A model generated the notes under the pieces. The model saw only the letters and a list, made by a program, of their open reading frames with translations, was not told the DNA's origin and did no database searches. Shown piece by piece: positions 48,879-61,784 of a stretch of DNA of 64,000 bases (position 1 is the first letter of the stretch; each line of letters begins with the position of its first letter). The position numbers were made by a program, and so were the translations under genes. The DNA lies in contig OZ024747.1 in assembly GCA_964016885.1 (NCBI GenBank), forward strand, positions 68,262,001-68,326,000. The letters are read 5' to 3'. Origin of the DNA: Eledone cirrhosa (Eukaryota).

Positions 48879-50297
48879 CCACAAACACCCACAATGCTAA
48901 AACTACTAACACCACCACCACAAACACCCACAATGCTAAAACTACTAACACCACCACCACAAACACCCACAATGCTAAAACTACTAACACCACCACCACA
49001 AACACCCACAATGCTAAAACTACTAACACCACCACCACAAACACCCACAATGCTAAAACTACTAACACCACCACCACAAACACCCACAATGCTAAAACTA
49101 CTAACACCACCACCACAAACACCCACAATGCTAAAACTACTAACACCACCACCACAAACACCCACAATGCTAAAACTACTAACACCACCACCACAATCAC
49201 CCACAATGCTAAAACTACTAACACCACCACCACAATCACCCACAATGCTAAAACTACTAACACCACCACCACAAACACCCACAATGCTAAAACTACTAAC
49301 ACCACCACCACAAACACCCACAATGCTAAAACTACTAACACCACCACCACAAACACCCACAATGCTAAAACTACTAACACCACCACCACAATCACCCACA
49401 ATGCTAAAACTACTAACACCACCACCACAAACACCCACAATGCTAAAACTACTAACACCACCACCACAAACACCCACAATGCTAAAACTACTAACACCAC
49501 CACCACAATCACCCACAATGCTAAAACTACTAACACCACCACCACAATCACCCACAATGCTAAAACTACTAACACCACCACCACAAACACCCACAATGCT
49601 AAAACTACTAACACCACCACCACAAACACCCACAATGCTAAAACTACTAACACCACCACCACAATCACCCACAATGCTAAAACTACTAACACCACCACCA
49701 CAAACACCCACAATGCTAAAACTACTAACACCACCACCACAAACACCCACAATGCTAAAACTACTAACACCACCACCACAATCACCCACAATGCTAAAAC
49801 TACTAACACCACCACCACAAACACCCACAATGCTAAAACTACTAACACCACCACCACAAACACCCACAATGCTAAAACTACTAACACCACCACCACAATC
49901 ACCCACAATGCTAAAACTACTAACACCACCACCACAATCACCCACAATGCTAAAACTACTAACACCACCACCACAAACACCCACAATGCTAAAACTACTA
50001 ACACCACCACCACAAACACCCACAATGCTAAAACTACTAACACCACCACCACAATCACCCACAATGCTAAAACTACTAACACCACCACCACAAACACCCA
50101 CAATGCTAAAACTACTAACACCACCACCACAATCACCCACAATGCTAAAACTACTAACACCACCACCACAAACACCCACAATGCTAAAACTACTAACACC
50201 ACCACCACAAACACCCACAATGCTAAAACTACTAACACCACCACCACAAACACCCACAATGCTAAAACTACTAACACCACCACCACAAACACCCACA
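48879..50297. repeat. 39-bp minisatellite, about 36 copies, two variants
   Basis: Unit ccacaa(a/t)cacccacaatgctaaaactactaacaccacca. Confidence 0.98.
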
Positions 50298-51305
50298 ACT
50301 ACCAATTATAGTTTCATCACCAACACCACCAGAGACAACTACAACATCACCACTTGCAACACGCCCCATTACCACCACCCTTGCCACCACCACCACAAAG
50401 AACATAACAATATCTCTGCCACCACCACCACCACCAACAACAGCTTGACCAACAACACCAACAACAACACCCAACACCATCACCACCACCACCTCCAATC
50501 ACTACCACCACAAAAACAACAACAATACCTCCACCCCCTCCACCACTACCACCACCACCGACCATCACCACCACCAACAACAACAACAACACTACCACCA
50601 CAAAGAACATCAATAATACCTCCACCCCTTCTTCCAATTCCACCACCAACAACAACACCCACCACAACCACCATCACATCATCTCCACCAACAACCCACA
50701 CCACCACCACCTCCACCATCACCTCAACCAACAACCCACACCACCACCACCATTACCACCACAAAGAACAACAACAATACATCCACCCCCTCCACCTATA
50801 CTACCACCACCAACAACACCACCACCATCACCATTACCACCACCAACACCACCACTACCATCACCATTACCACCACCAACAACACCACCACCATCACCAT
50901 TACCTCCACCAACAACACCACTACCATCACCATTACCTCCACCAACAACACCACCACCATCACCATTACCTCCACCAACAACACCACTACCATCACCATT
51001 ACCTCCACCAACAACACCACCACCATCACCATTACCTCCCCCAACAACACCACTACCATCACCATTACCACCAGCAACAACACCACCACCATCACCATTA
51101 CCACCAGCAACAACACCACCACCATCACCATTACCACCAGCAACAACACCACCACCATCACCATTACCACCAGCAACAACACCACTACCATCACCATTAC
51201 CACCAGCAACAACACCACTACCATCACCATTACCTCCACCAACAACCACCACTACCATCACCATTACCTCCACCAACAACCACCACTACCACCATAACCA
51301 CCAAC
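50298..51305. repeat. (CAC/CAA)-rich low-complexity tract with about 33-bp units
   Basis: Unit like caccaccatcaccattacc(a/t)ccaccaacaacac. Confidence 0.9.
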
Positions 51306-51562
51306 TCTTTCTCTTTCATGCCATTTCTTAACTCTTTACCTCTCATCTTTCTTTTTATCTCTTTGTTCTTTTCACTCATGCACTCCGTTCTAGCAGTCCA
51401 CCCAGGCTACCCTGTTCTAAATTTGAAATTCAATTAGGAGTTGAAAAACACACAGGAAGAATATTTTGTAAAGAAAAATAATTAATGATAATTATTTTTA
51501 ATTAGGAAAAATAGAAATACACCCTCCACACACACACAGGAAAGTATGTTTTTTATTACTTC

Positions 51563-52333
51563 TAACAACTAGCAAAAGGCTTCTCCCTCAGAATGAAAGG
51601 CAGACTGTATGATGCGTGTATCCAAACAGCAATGTTGCATGGTAGTGAGACCTGGGCGCTGAAGGTGGAAGACTTACGTAGATTAGAGAGAAATGAAGTC
51701 TGCATGCTCCGATGGATGTGTAACAGTAATATAGGTGAACGACAAAGCATAAATGAATTGAGAGAGAGACTGAGCATAAGAGGAATCAAATGCTGTGTAC
51801 AGGAGAGGCGGTTGCGCTGGTATGGACATGTGATGCGTATGAAGGATGACAGCTGCATAAAAAGGTGCAGAACACTAGAAGTCGATGGAAACCGCGGAGT
51901 GGGGAGACCCAAGATGACCTGGGATGAGGTGATAAAAGCCGACCTTACCCAATTACACCTCTCAAAGGCAATGACACACGACCGTGACCTCTGGCGTCAC
52001 GCAGTAATACAGAGTACCCGACCTCCCATGGGTACAAGCTGAAGCATATAGACAATATGCCCCCACACCCCCCACTGCAAGGTGGTCGTGGAGGTGCCAC
52101 GGCAAAAAAGCACCCAGCCCACACTGTAAAGTGGACATGTAGGCGCCACGAAAAAGCACCCAGCACTCACTGTAAATGAGGTTGGTGTTAGGAAGGGCAT
52201 CCAGCTGTAGAAATCAAGCCAAATCAGTTCCTGTATGAGCAAGGCATGGTCAGCCGACCAGACACTGCCCACAACAGGACAACCCGTCTAACCCATGCTA
52301 GCGTGGAAGAACGGACGTAAAACGGTGATGATG
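51563..52333 (+). mobile_element. RTE LINE 3' fragment, same family as the 43.6-45.6 kb copies
   Basis: ORF 51593-52042 is nearly identical in protein, with the same 3' UTR. Confidence 0.92.
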
Positions 52334-52483
52334 AACTACCTGAATAATGCATGATGGAAGAAATATTAATAATCTCAGAATATCTGGGTGTAGCTGAGCA
52401 TTTATTTGTGTGTGTATACATCAACACATATGTATATATACATGTACATATATATATCCCACCAAAGTCCTCAGCCCACACAA

Positions 52484-52811
52484 TAAAGTGGTCGTGTAGG
52501 TGTCATGACAAAAAGTACCCAGTCCGCACTGGAAAGTGGTTGTGTAGGTGTTATGACAAAAAGCACCCAGCCCACACTGTAGTAGTCACAACAAAAAGCA
52601 CCCAGCCCACACTGTAAAGTGGTCATGTAGGTGTCACAACAAAAAGCACTCAGTACTCACTATAAATGTGGTTGGCATTAGTAATAGCAACTAGCTGTAG
52701 AAACCAACCCAAAATCAGTTCTGTATAAGCAAGACATGGTCACAACAGGACAACTCGTCTAACCCATGCTAGCATGGAGAAATGGACATTAAATGGGGAT
52801 GATGATGATGA
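52484..52811 (+). mobile_element. RTE 3' UTR fragment with expanded internal repeats
   Basis: Several copies of aaaaagcacccagcccacactgtaaagtggtcgtgtagg, then ctaacccatgctagcatgg and (GAT)n. Confidence 0.7.
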
Positions 52812-52950
52812 ACGAATATACCAAAAACCCTTTTAATTATGCTCTAGGTTTAAAGTTCATTAAGCTTTATTTGTTGAGTAACATAGTCAATATATATTTT
52901 ATATGTACAATTAAACCTAATTATAGCATATATATATAATCAGTTACAAC

Positions 52951-53110
52951 AGTGGCATTATGCAGACACTTAAGTTTTGTTGGGTTTAACACCAGCTCAT
53001 TCAGTCTACCATATTGTGATGAAGTTAATTCCCATCCCAATACACAATAAGGCAGACTGAATGAGTTAGTGTTAAACTCAACAAAACTTAAATATTTGCA
53101 TAATGCCACT
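52951..53110. mobile_element. Palindromic MITE-like element (68-bp arms)
   Basis: agtggcattatgca...tattgtg / cacaata...tgcataatgccact. Confidence 0.75.
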
Positions 53111-53576
53111 CTTGTATAACTTTTTGTACATAACTCGTCTCATGGACCCAGTGCTTTAAACCAAGTATTTATAGAAAGTATTTATACCAAGTTTGTACAG
53201 CATACTGGAAAAACAATACCACAAACAACTTTAAGCTTTCTGAAGAAGTGTGAAAAATAATTAAGTATTGCATATGATTGAACAATATAAATTGTAGTCA
53301 GCATATGTAGACTATTATAATAGACACAGAAACATATGTTAAAGCAAATAAATTCTTACTCTCCTTTTTTACCAAAATCTATATTTTTCTTGGTGCAATA
53401 CTTGCTTATATATATATATACACACATATACAGTCCTCGTTGGAGCAAAGTACGACATGGCCAACTCTGGCCAGACTTACCTACCGGCAAGGACAACCCA
53501 TCTAACCCATGCAAGCATGGAAAAATGGATGCTAGACAGTGATGATAATATGATATATATATATATATATATATAT

Positions 53577-53747
53577 AATTGTTTCTACTTTTGGCACAAG
53601 GCCAGCAATTATCCCAGTGTATTACTGGTACTTTATTTTATCGACCCCGTAAGGATGAAAGGCAAAGTTAACCTTGCTGGGATTTGAAATCAGACCATAA
53701 AGGGCCGTAACTCTTTGCTGCAAAGCATGGCGTCCGACCCTCTACCA
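53577..53747 (-). mobile_element. SINE family 1 copy
   Basis: Same core, reversed. Confidence 0.82.
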
Positions 53748-54010
53748 TTTTACATCCACTTTTCCATGATTGTATGGGTTGGATGAGTCTTCTTCAGCAC
53801 ATCATCCTTCCACTTATCTTCTTTCTCCTCTGTAAGATTCAGCCCTTTGAGATCAGCTCTCAGCATTTCCACCCAGCTCTTCTATGGTCTTTCTACTGAG
53901 ATTTCATGCCACTTTTTCACCTAATGATCACCATCACATATACATCACATGTTCAAACCAACACAATCTTCTCTTTTGCACATTGTATCTTCATATCCAA
54001 TGAAACATAC
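53748..54010 (-). mobile_element. Old RTE 3' fragment
   Basis: Minus strand gives VQKRRLCWFEHVM, a degenerate RRLRW.GHVM motif. Confidence 0.55.
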
Positions 54011-54499
54011 TCAATTCATTTCTCTCTAACCTTCACATATCCTCTGCACTCACTGCTCATCTTTTGCTTCTATGTAACATTGCAGGGATCATACAATCTA
54101 CTCCTTACTCACAGAATTGTCTTTTTCACAATAGGCATAATGGCACCATTCTTAACTATCTCAATAAACACTTATTAATTTTACAAGCAGTCATTAAAGC
54201 TACATAATATGTAAGAAGGTTATGGCAGCCCTGTATTATTGCAATGTTTAAATGAATATAATTGACAGAATATTTACAACTCAGTGGTAAAGCTGTAAAA
54301 GCAAAAGAAAAACAAGATCAAAGTTTTTGTGTTTTTCTTTTTCTGCCTCTCCTTTTACAATCTGTGTATGTAGGTGTGGTTTTCATATATACACACACAC
54401 ACATATATACACATATATATATATACATATATATAATATATATACACACACACACGTTTATATATATATAAACACATTGTATATATATATATATACATT

Positions 54500-54551
<52 letters not shown>

Positions 54552-55785
54552 CGTGTGTATATGTATATATACATATATATATAAATATGTATATCATCAT
54601 CATCATCATCATCATCATTTTACGTCCGCTTTTCCCTGCTTGCAAGGGTGGGACAGTATATATATATATATATATGTATATATACACACGCGCAACATAC
54701 ACACACACACATATTCTTTTGGTCATGAGTGTTTAACTAGCTGTAAGTGACTGTAAATGGAATTTAGATCAACAGATGTTGCATTGATTTATAACAACAA
54801 CAACAACACCAGTGACAACAACTACAACAACAATAACAACAACAGAAAGCAGATACAAGCCATAATATTTATCTTTTGTTTTTGATTGTTATTATATGTA
54901 GTCATAATCGTTTATGGAAAACAGAATGTATAGTTTTACTAAAGCTTGTGACAGATATTAGTCAAGGTAGAAATAGTATTTACATCCTCCCCCTCCTCCA
55001 AATCATCATCATCATCATCGACATCATTTAAAGTGCACCTTTCCATAATGGCATAGTAGGATGGGCTGTTACAGACAAAGTTAGTACTTATCGAGAGTTA
55101 TTGTCTTTCTAGACAAGTCAGGGTTGAGGTGGGCATCTTTCTCTCTCCCTGTATGTGTGCGTGTGTGTGTATGTGTGTGTGTATGTGTGTGTGTATGTGT
55201 GTGTGTATGCGTGTGTGTGTATGCGTGTGTGTGTATGCGTGTGTGTGTATGTGTGTGTGTGTGTGTGCGCGTGTGTTTATTAGTACTGCCAGAGTCCACA
55301 TTGCCATATACATTGCCACATAAGTGTCAGTGCTTCTACACCTTACTAACTAGGCTACCAAAGTGTGTGTGTGTAAATATATATTTATACACAGATGTCC
55401 GCCGATATTCCTGACGGTTACGTTCCTAGAGCACGCGCGAGGAGTGAAAAACCGCGAATATTGGACGTGGTCCATAAAAATTCCTATAAACATAAAAAAA
55501 TAACGTTCCCTCCTCACCCTTCTTTCTTCTGTGACACCAGAGCTCTTGTAATCCCCTCCCTTTCCCGTTCTTTTTCTTCTATATATCCCTATTCCTTCGT
55601 TCCTTTTGTCCCCCCCCCCCCCCCGCCCTTTTTTTTTCTTAGTAAACAAGGTTTGTTTTTTGCTTTTGAATAAATATAAAATATTACTATAAGATTCTCA
55701 CAAACTCTGAAGCTTTGTATCTGAATAAAGCAACGTAAAATATAATTTAAAAAATAGGTTTGTTTTGAAACAGCGAGCATGTTTG

Positions 55786-55986
55786 AAAATAGAAATAAAA
55801 GCTTTCGCCGTATTTTTGACTAAATACGTTTTAGCCTGACAGTGGGGTTTAGAACCCTCTAAGAAATGGAGAAAGATGAGTATTGACATCAATACTCATC
55901 TTTTTCCATTTATCTGAGGGTTTTAAACCCCATTATCAGACTAAAATTGCTTTAGTCAAAAATACGGCGAAAGCTATTTCTATTTT
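55786..55986. mobile_element. 200-bp palindrome (MITE-like) with a 2-bp centre
   Basis: agctttcgccgtatttttgactaaa / tttagtcaaaaatacggcgaaagct, centre gatgagtattga ca tcaatactcatc. Confidence 0.8.
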
Positions 55987-56245
55987 GATAATATATATAT
56001 AGAGAGAGAGTGGCGGACTGGTCAGGTTAGCCAATGGCATTACAGGGCCCCACCATAGCATTGTACGAGCCCACTAGTATTTTAGGTGCCAATGCTTTGC
56101 TTTCAAAAAAAATCTTTTTAAAAAACGTCTCAGAGAAAGAATAACATTTTTTAAAAAATAAATAAACAAATAAGTAAAGCATTTAGTCAAAGAAGGGAAT
56201 TAATAGAAATAAAAATATATGATAGTGCTAATAGTTAGCATGCAC

Positions 56246-56284
<39 letters not shown>

Positions 56285-56287
<3 letters not shown>

Positions 56288-56503
56288 CGTTTCTGAATTT
56301 GTTTAGCAAGATTCTTTATCTGAAATCGTGTGTTGAAACCGATATTGTTATACTTTGGGAGGGTCATGTTGCCAATAAGAAACACACGCACCAGTTGCTT
56401 TCACTTCAATTTATTATATATTTATAAATTTATAAATTTACAAATTTACAAATCTACAAACTTATAAGTTTCTGGTTGGTGACCCTCCCAAAGTATAACA
56501 ATA
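56285..56503 (-). mobile_element. Solo 3' end of the 12.7-16.8 kb PLE with a 25-bp 5' inverted segment
   Basis: 56285-56411 matches 12707-12833. tgaccctcccaaagtataacaatat near 56480-56504 is the reverse complement of 56342-56366. Confidence 0.9.
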
Positions 56504-56891
56504 TATATATTTCATTTCATTTTACGTCCGCTTTTTCCCTGCTTGCAAGCGTGGGGCAGGAACTGATTCTGGCTTGATTTCTACAGCTGGATGCCCTTCC
56601 TAACGCCAACCTCATTTACAGTGAGTGCTGGGTGCTTTTTTACAGAGGCACCTCCACGACCACTTTGCAGTGGAATGATAGGGACCCCAGTCCCTATCAT
56701 CTCATTTCTACAGCTGAGTAAACTGGTGCAATGTGAAATAAAGTGTCTTGCTCAAGGAAACAACACATCGCCCGGTCTGAGAATTGAACTCACAACCTTA
56801 CGATTGCAAGGCCAATGCTCTAACCACTAAGCCATGTGCCTCATTTATTAATAATATTAATAAATGTAAACTATCTTTATAAAACCATATT

Positions 56892-56953
56892 TATTTTTTT
56901 ATATATATTTCAAGGGTACCAACATTTTTGGTACGCTCTCATCAGATAAAATA
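56892..56953 (-). ncRNA. Minimal type I hammerhead ribozyme (family A), within element 56850-57020
   Basis: Minus strand reads tattttat CTGATGA gagcgtaccaa aaatg ttggtaccctt GAAA tatata TA aaaaaata. Confidence 0.8.
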
Positions 56954-57070
56954 CAAAAGTTGTTTTACAGATAGTGACATATCCAAAACGAGAACTTATC
57001 GTCTTAAGTTCAGTTTGAATGTGTGTGTGTGTATATATATATATACAGGATGTATGTGTATATATATATA

Positions 57071-58527
57071 TATATTAATAAGAGGAATTCCAACTTTGTC
57101 TGATTTACTCGTTTTATTTACAATCCTTTAAAATATATATAATGGTATTATAATGAAATAGTATGATAGAATATTAAATTCTAAGTGTTAATTGAACAAG
57201 TACTTTCATGCTTTCGCAATCTTCAGGTTCATGATATGTGGTGACAGTCGAGTTTGCAATTTTCAACTGTAATGAGATGGGTAAATTTCCTACCTTTTAT
57301 ACATTTTATACAGAGAAAAGTGGCTCCAGAATGCAAAGCCCTGTAAACTGTATTTCGACCAATCAGTGTGTAGTTTCACTGAATTACTACAGCTGATTGG
57401 TTTAAGCGTCACGGCTGGTTGAGCATGCTAACGACCAATAGTCATATCCAACGTATCAATTGTTTTGCTTTTTTGAAATGATGAAAATAGCATTTTCTAT
57501 TAATCATCACCATCAACATCACTTTTATTATTATTATTATTGTTGTTGTTGTTGTTGTTAGTGGTCGTGGTCATAGTGGTAGTAGAAGTAATACCCCTAG
57601 GCGTTATTATTGTTCATTTAGCTTGGGTTTGAATTTATCAATAAAATTCTTTTCTTTGATTTTTCTCTTGATTTCACTTGGGCTGTGTAATTTGTAGAAT
57701 GGGAATATTATAAATATTCCCTGACCACATGTTGCCAGGTGGCCGCTTAGGGGTATCTGACGGACATTTGGGTCTCTGATTTGTTGACGGTGTACCCGTG
57801 CACGTTCCGATAGTGCATTTCCAGTTTGACCGACATATAGTTCTTCACAATTCGGGCATTTAATGCAGTAAATTAGATTTCTGCTTTTGCAGTTCATATT
57901 TGCATTTGTGAATATTTTTCCAGTTTTTGTTTTCATATATTGACCGGCGTGTATGGATTGACATGTGCCGCATCGATTATCATTGCATTTAGATACAGTG
58001 AATGATTGGTCTTTGTTGTTAAGGTCAAACTTTGCTTTTGTTAGCAATTGCTTCAAATTTTTTGGCTGTCTTTTACTAAGAGTCAAAGATCGATCTGTGA
58101 TTAAGCCTTTTAATTCATTACTTTGAGCAATGATCGGTAGGTTTGCTTTGGCAGTGTTGAAGATATTCTGGTGACATGGGTTGTGTGTCATTATAAATGG
58201 TATGACCAGTTCTTGGTTTCTTCTTCTTTGGGTTGTTCTAAGTTGTTGTATAGGTATTTTTATAGCCCGCTGTATGCCATTTTCTATAAGTAGAGATGGG
58301 TATTTTTGTTTGAGCAAAAATTCTCTTAGTTCTGTTAGGCGTTTGTACCTGGTATTCGTATCTTCTACAATGGTACAAATTCTTCTGGCTAGGCAGTATG
58401 GGATGTTGCGTTTTGTATGAGGTGGATGGCACGACTTAAAATTCAGATATTGATGGGTGTCTGTGTGTTTATAATATATATCCGTGGTAATGGTGGTGTC
58501 GTTTTTGATTATCATTATATCTAGGAA
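57071..58527 (-). mobile_element. 5'-truncated Penelope-like element (Neptune-like), left arm of palindrome
   Basis: Open frame from RT motif FLD through TDIYYKHTD...SCHP, linker CNDNRCGTC and GIY-YIG NCKSRNLIYCIKCPNCEELYVGQT to the stop at 57607. The 3' UTR carries an HHR. Confidence 0.93.
57193..57231 (-). ncRNA. Minimal type I hammerhead ribozyme (family D)
   Basis: Minus strand reads tgaac CTGAAGA t tgc gaaa gca t GAAA gtac TT gttca, with palindromic AGTACT stem III. Confidence 0.85.
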
Positions 58528-59793
58528 GATAATCAAAAACGACACCACCATTACCACGGATATATATTATAAACACACAGACACCCATCAATATCTGAAT
58601 TTTAAGTCGTGCCAACAACAACTTAGAACAACCCAAAGAAGAAGAAACCAAGAACTGGTCATACCATTTATAATGACACACAACCCATGTCACCAGAATA
58701 TCTTCAACACTGCCAAAGCAAACCTACCGATCATTGCTCAAAGTAATGAATTAAAAGGCTTAATCACAGATCGATCTTTGACTCTTAGTAAAAGACAGCC
58801 AAAAAATTTGAAGCAATTGCTAACAAAAGCAAAGTTTGACCTTAACAACAAAGACCAATCATTCACTGTATCTAAATGCAATGATAATCGATGCGGCACA
58901 TGTCAATCCATACACGCCGGTCAATATATGAAAACAAAAACTGGAAAAATATTCACAAATGCAAATATGAACTGCAAAAGCAGAAATCTAATTTACTGCA
59001 TTAAATGCCCGAATTGTGAAGAACTATATGTCGGTCAAACTGGAAATGCACTATCGGAACGTGCACGGGTACACCGTCAACAAATCAGAGACCCAAATGT
59101 CCGTCAGATACCCCTAAGCGGCCACCTGGCAACATGTGGTCAGGGAATATTTATAATATTCCCATTCTACAAATTACACAGCCCAAGTGAAATCAAGAGA
59201 AAAATCAAAGAAAAGAATTTTATTGATAAATTCAAACCCAAGCTAAATGAACAATAATAACGCCTAGGGGTATTACTTCTACTACCACTATGACCACGAC
59301 CACTAACAACAACAACAACAACAATAATAATAATAATAAAAGTGATGTTGATGGTGATGATTAATAGAAAATGCTATTTTCATCATTTCAAAAAAGCAAA
59401 ACAATTGATACGTTGGATATGACTATTGGTCGTTAGCATGCTCAACCAGCCGTGACGCTTAAACCAATCAGCTGTAGTAATTCAGTGAAACTACACACTG
59501 ATTGGTCGAAATACAGTTTACAGGGCTTTGCATTCTGGAGCCACTTTTCTCTGTATAAAATGTATAAAAGGTAGGAAATTTACCCATCTCATTACAGTTG
59601 AAAATTGCAAACTCGACTGTCACCACATATCATGAACCTGAAGATTGCGAAAGCATGAAAGTACTTGTTCAATTAACACTTAGAATTTAATATTCTATCA
59701 TACTATTTCATTATAATACCATTATATATATTTTAAAGGATTGTAAATAAAACGAGTAAATCAGACAAAGTTGGAATTCCTCTTATTAATATA
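58528..59793 (+). mobile_element. Inverted second copy of the same PLE with an in-frame 177-bp deletion, right arm
   Basis: Reverse complement of the left arm, except that left-arm 58250-58426 (59 codons) is missing. The GIY-YIG ORF is intact to 59257. Confidence 0.93.
59633..59671 (+). ncRNA. Minimal type I hammerhead ribozyme (family D)
   Basis: tgaac CTGAAGA ttgcgaaagcat GAAA gtac TT gttca. Confidence 0.85.
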
Positions 59794-59841
59794 ATCTTCT
59801 ATACACAATCATACACACCCGTGTATATTTACCTATCTATA

Positions 59842-59875
<34 letters not shown>

Positions 59876-59878
<3 letters not shown>

Positions 59879-61104
59879 GATCCAGCCTGAGATGGAGAAG
59901 AAGCTCAGGGACAACCAGAACGGCTTCAGAGAGGGTAGATCAACCACCAGTCACATCCTGATGCTGAGGAGGATATTAGAGGGAGCTAGAGCAAAGTGCC
60001 TTCCTGCGGTCATGGTTTTCATTGACTTTAGGAAGGCCTTTGATTCTGTGGACCGTTACTGCCTGATGAAGATCTTACAGGCTTATGGAATCCCCAAGAA
60101 GATAGTGGACCTGATACCACTGCTCTACACCAACACCAAAGCCCAAGTCATTACACCTGATGGGATGACAGAGTTCTTTGAGATACTGGCTGGAGTGCTC
60201 CAGGGAGATACATTGGCTCCCTACCTTTTTGTCATCGTAGTGGACTATTGTATGCGCTTTGCACTGGAGAAACACCAGGACTCTGGCTTTACTGTAGCAC
60301 CGGCTCAGAGCAGGAGAGTTAGGGCGAAAAAGGTATCGGATGCTGAATTTGCCGACGACATAGATTTGGTGACAAATACAGTGAAGGAGGCAGAGGATTT
60401 GATGCGGGAGGTTGAGACTGTGTCGATGAGTGTGGGGCTGAGAATGAATGAGACTAAAACAAAATATCTGGTAGAGAATGTTGAGAAGCCAGAAGGGATC
60501 ACTAATGTAGGTGGGAAGCCGCTGGAATTGGTTGAGGACTTCCTGTATTTGGGAGCAAAGATTGGGAATACGGAAGATGATGTGGTTGAGAGGAAGAGCA
60601 AGGCCTGGGCGGCGTGCCACAGCTTGAGATCGGTGTGGAAGTCGGACCTTCGTAGAGACCTGAAAATCCGCCTCTTCATTGCTGTAGTGGAGTCTGTGCT
60701 GCTGTATGGGTCTGAGACTTGGACACTGACCAAGAAACTCACTCAGATGGTGGATGGGTGCTACACGAGAATGCTGAGGATGGCTCTGAACATTAATCAG
60801 TATACACTGAGGATGAAAAACTCAGAGCTGTATGGGAGCATCCCAAAAGTCAGCTCAAAAGTGACACAGAGGAGACTGAGGTTAGCTGGACATGCTCACC
60901 GACATCCAGAGTTGACATTGCACTCAGTACTCCTTTGGGAGCCCCTACATGGACACACTAGAAGAGGAAGACCAAGGTTAACGTATGTTGATGCCCGAAG
61001 GACAGACACTGGTCTGTTGGAGATGCAGGACATGGCAGCGATAATGAGGGACAGAGACCGCTGGAGAGAACTCGTCCATGGATCTCGGGAATTTTACCTG
61101 TCTT

Positions 61105-61106
<2 letters not shown>
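59876..61106 (+). mobile_element. 5'-truncated RTE-clade LINE with an uninterrupted RT domain, inserted in (TA)n
   Basis: 404-aa ORF: QNGFREGRST, FIDFRKAFDSV, GVLQGDTLAPYLF, FADDI, FLYLG, LLYGSETW, RRLRLAGH, RGRP. No endonuclease domain; the stop is directly followed by (AT)n. Confidence 0.93.
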
Positions 61107-61171
<65 letters not shown>

Positions 61172-61735
61172 CACACGAGCTGCTGGCCAAATAACTTTTG
61201 ATATCAATGGGTTAAAGACATGTAAAATCAATTAGTGGTCAGTTCTTCAGTCTGAAGTCCCTAGGAAGAATGAGTCAAATAATGTTTCTACAAGTTGAAA
61301 ACATGTATGTATACATATATATAAATCTATACATGTACATGTACACACACTCCCATATATATTTATATTGAGTGAGTGCGAAAGACCAAAGGTCATTATT
61401 GAAAGTCCCTGGAGGTGTATACTTTTTATTGGAGGAGGTAAGACAATATACTATACATTCACAATTATTTAAAAATTCAATTATAACATTCTTATTAACA
61501 TTTAATATTACTGTACACTGCCAGTAATATGTAAATATTATAGTTAGTAAAAAAATACACATTTTTTTTCGCAAAAATTTGATTGCACTGTTTTGTTTTC
61601 AATTATGTATTTTTTGAAAATGTTATTTATTCGTTATAAAAATTAAATGATAGCATTCTATATAAGTGTGGGTCCCCTTTATCGTCAGGCAACCAATATT
61701 TTTAGACCCAGTCTGCCATTGTGTGTGTGTGTATA

Positions 61736-61784
<49 letters not shown>

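Noticed and set aside
48494-51437. 847-aa Pro/Thr/His-rich ORF and antisense 603-aa and 474-aa ORFs as mucin or beak-type proteins
   Set aside because: They are fully explained by stop-poor repeats, with no signal peptide, an upstream in-frame stop and no splice evidence.
53232-53302. CTGAAGA...gaa caat ataa attg TA motif
   Set aside because: GAAA is incomplete and stem I is unconvincing.
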